DNA of 63,862 nucleotides, counting the filler. It is 5 parts of 5 records of this genome, joined end to end, with 100 filler letters (N's around TTAATTAATTAA, not from the genome) between each part and the next. Parts side by side here need not be neighbours in the genome. Positions count along the whole stretch, not along the records: positions 57,259 to 63,862 come from SRR20825006_191; 4 more parts are not named here. One strand, 5' to 3'. Made by a program: the position numbers and the translations under genes. The notes beneath the pieces are model-generated. The model had not been told where the DNA came from. It saw only the letters and a list, made by a program, of their open reading frames with translations, and made no database searches. This document shows, piece after piece, positions 63,829-63,862 of this stretch; within the stretch, counting starts at the first letter, position 1; every line of letters begins with the position of its first letter.

Positions 63829-63862
63829 GGAAAAATTCCCGACGGGAAAATTTTCGGGGAAA
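63829..63862 (-). repeat. Right-end repeat, inverted relative to the left end
   Basis: 63832-63850 is the exact reverse complement of 57295-57313, and 63852-63862 of 57271-57281. Confidence 0.85.

Overview
The window joins five unrelated contigs with artificial 100-nt N spacers that carry TTAATTAATTAA (14622-14721, 22575-22674, 33784-33883, 57159-57258), so nothing should be read across them. Taxon labels are inferred from gene content and style only. Contig 1 (1-14621, GC-rich marine gammaproteobacterium, Alcanivorax-like): acs, a DcaP porin, ectR-ectABC beside a TeaABC-like TRAP transporter, a TPR protein, folE2 and a MalT/LuxR regulator. Contig 2 (14722-22574, alphaproteobacterium, Thalassospira-like): the cysS 3' end, an AT-rich HAD-phosphatase/membrane fusion gene that looks inserted, an AKR, an MFS, a LysE, a stand-alone class II aldolase and the lsrB 3' end (absent from the ORF track). 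Contig 3 (22675-33783, Cellvibrionales-like): a PBP/porin/GGDEF-EAL operon, then SDR, EthD, MerR-like, TonB receptor, START and hydrolase genes, two of which share an operator. Contig 4 (33884-57158, Flavobacteriaceae): ordinary core genome (gcvP, mlaEF, manC, pdhA/C, cdd, porV, porU, gldJ, murF, tRNA-Val). Contig 5 (57259-63862) is the most unusual: 6.6 kb with no credible ORF, related repeats in inverted orientation at its two ends, and 26 copies of GGAAAGGTG on both strands. About 22 copies have a strand-specific T-rich tract 30-50 nt upstream, with unique sequence between units. It looks like an array of small oriented cassettes; one testable hypothesis is a kinetoplastid-type guide-RNA molecule. 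All counts were made by eye.
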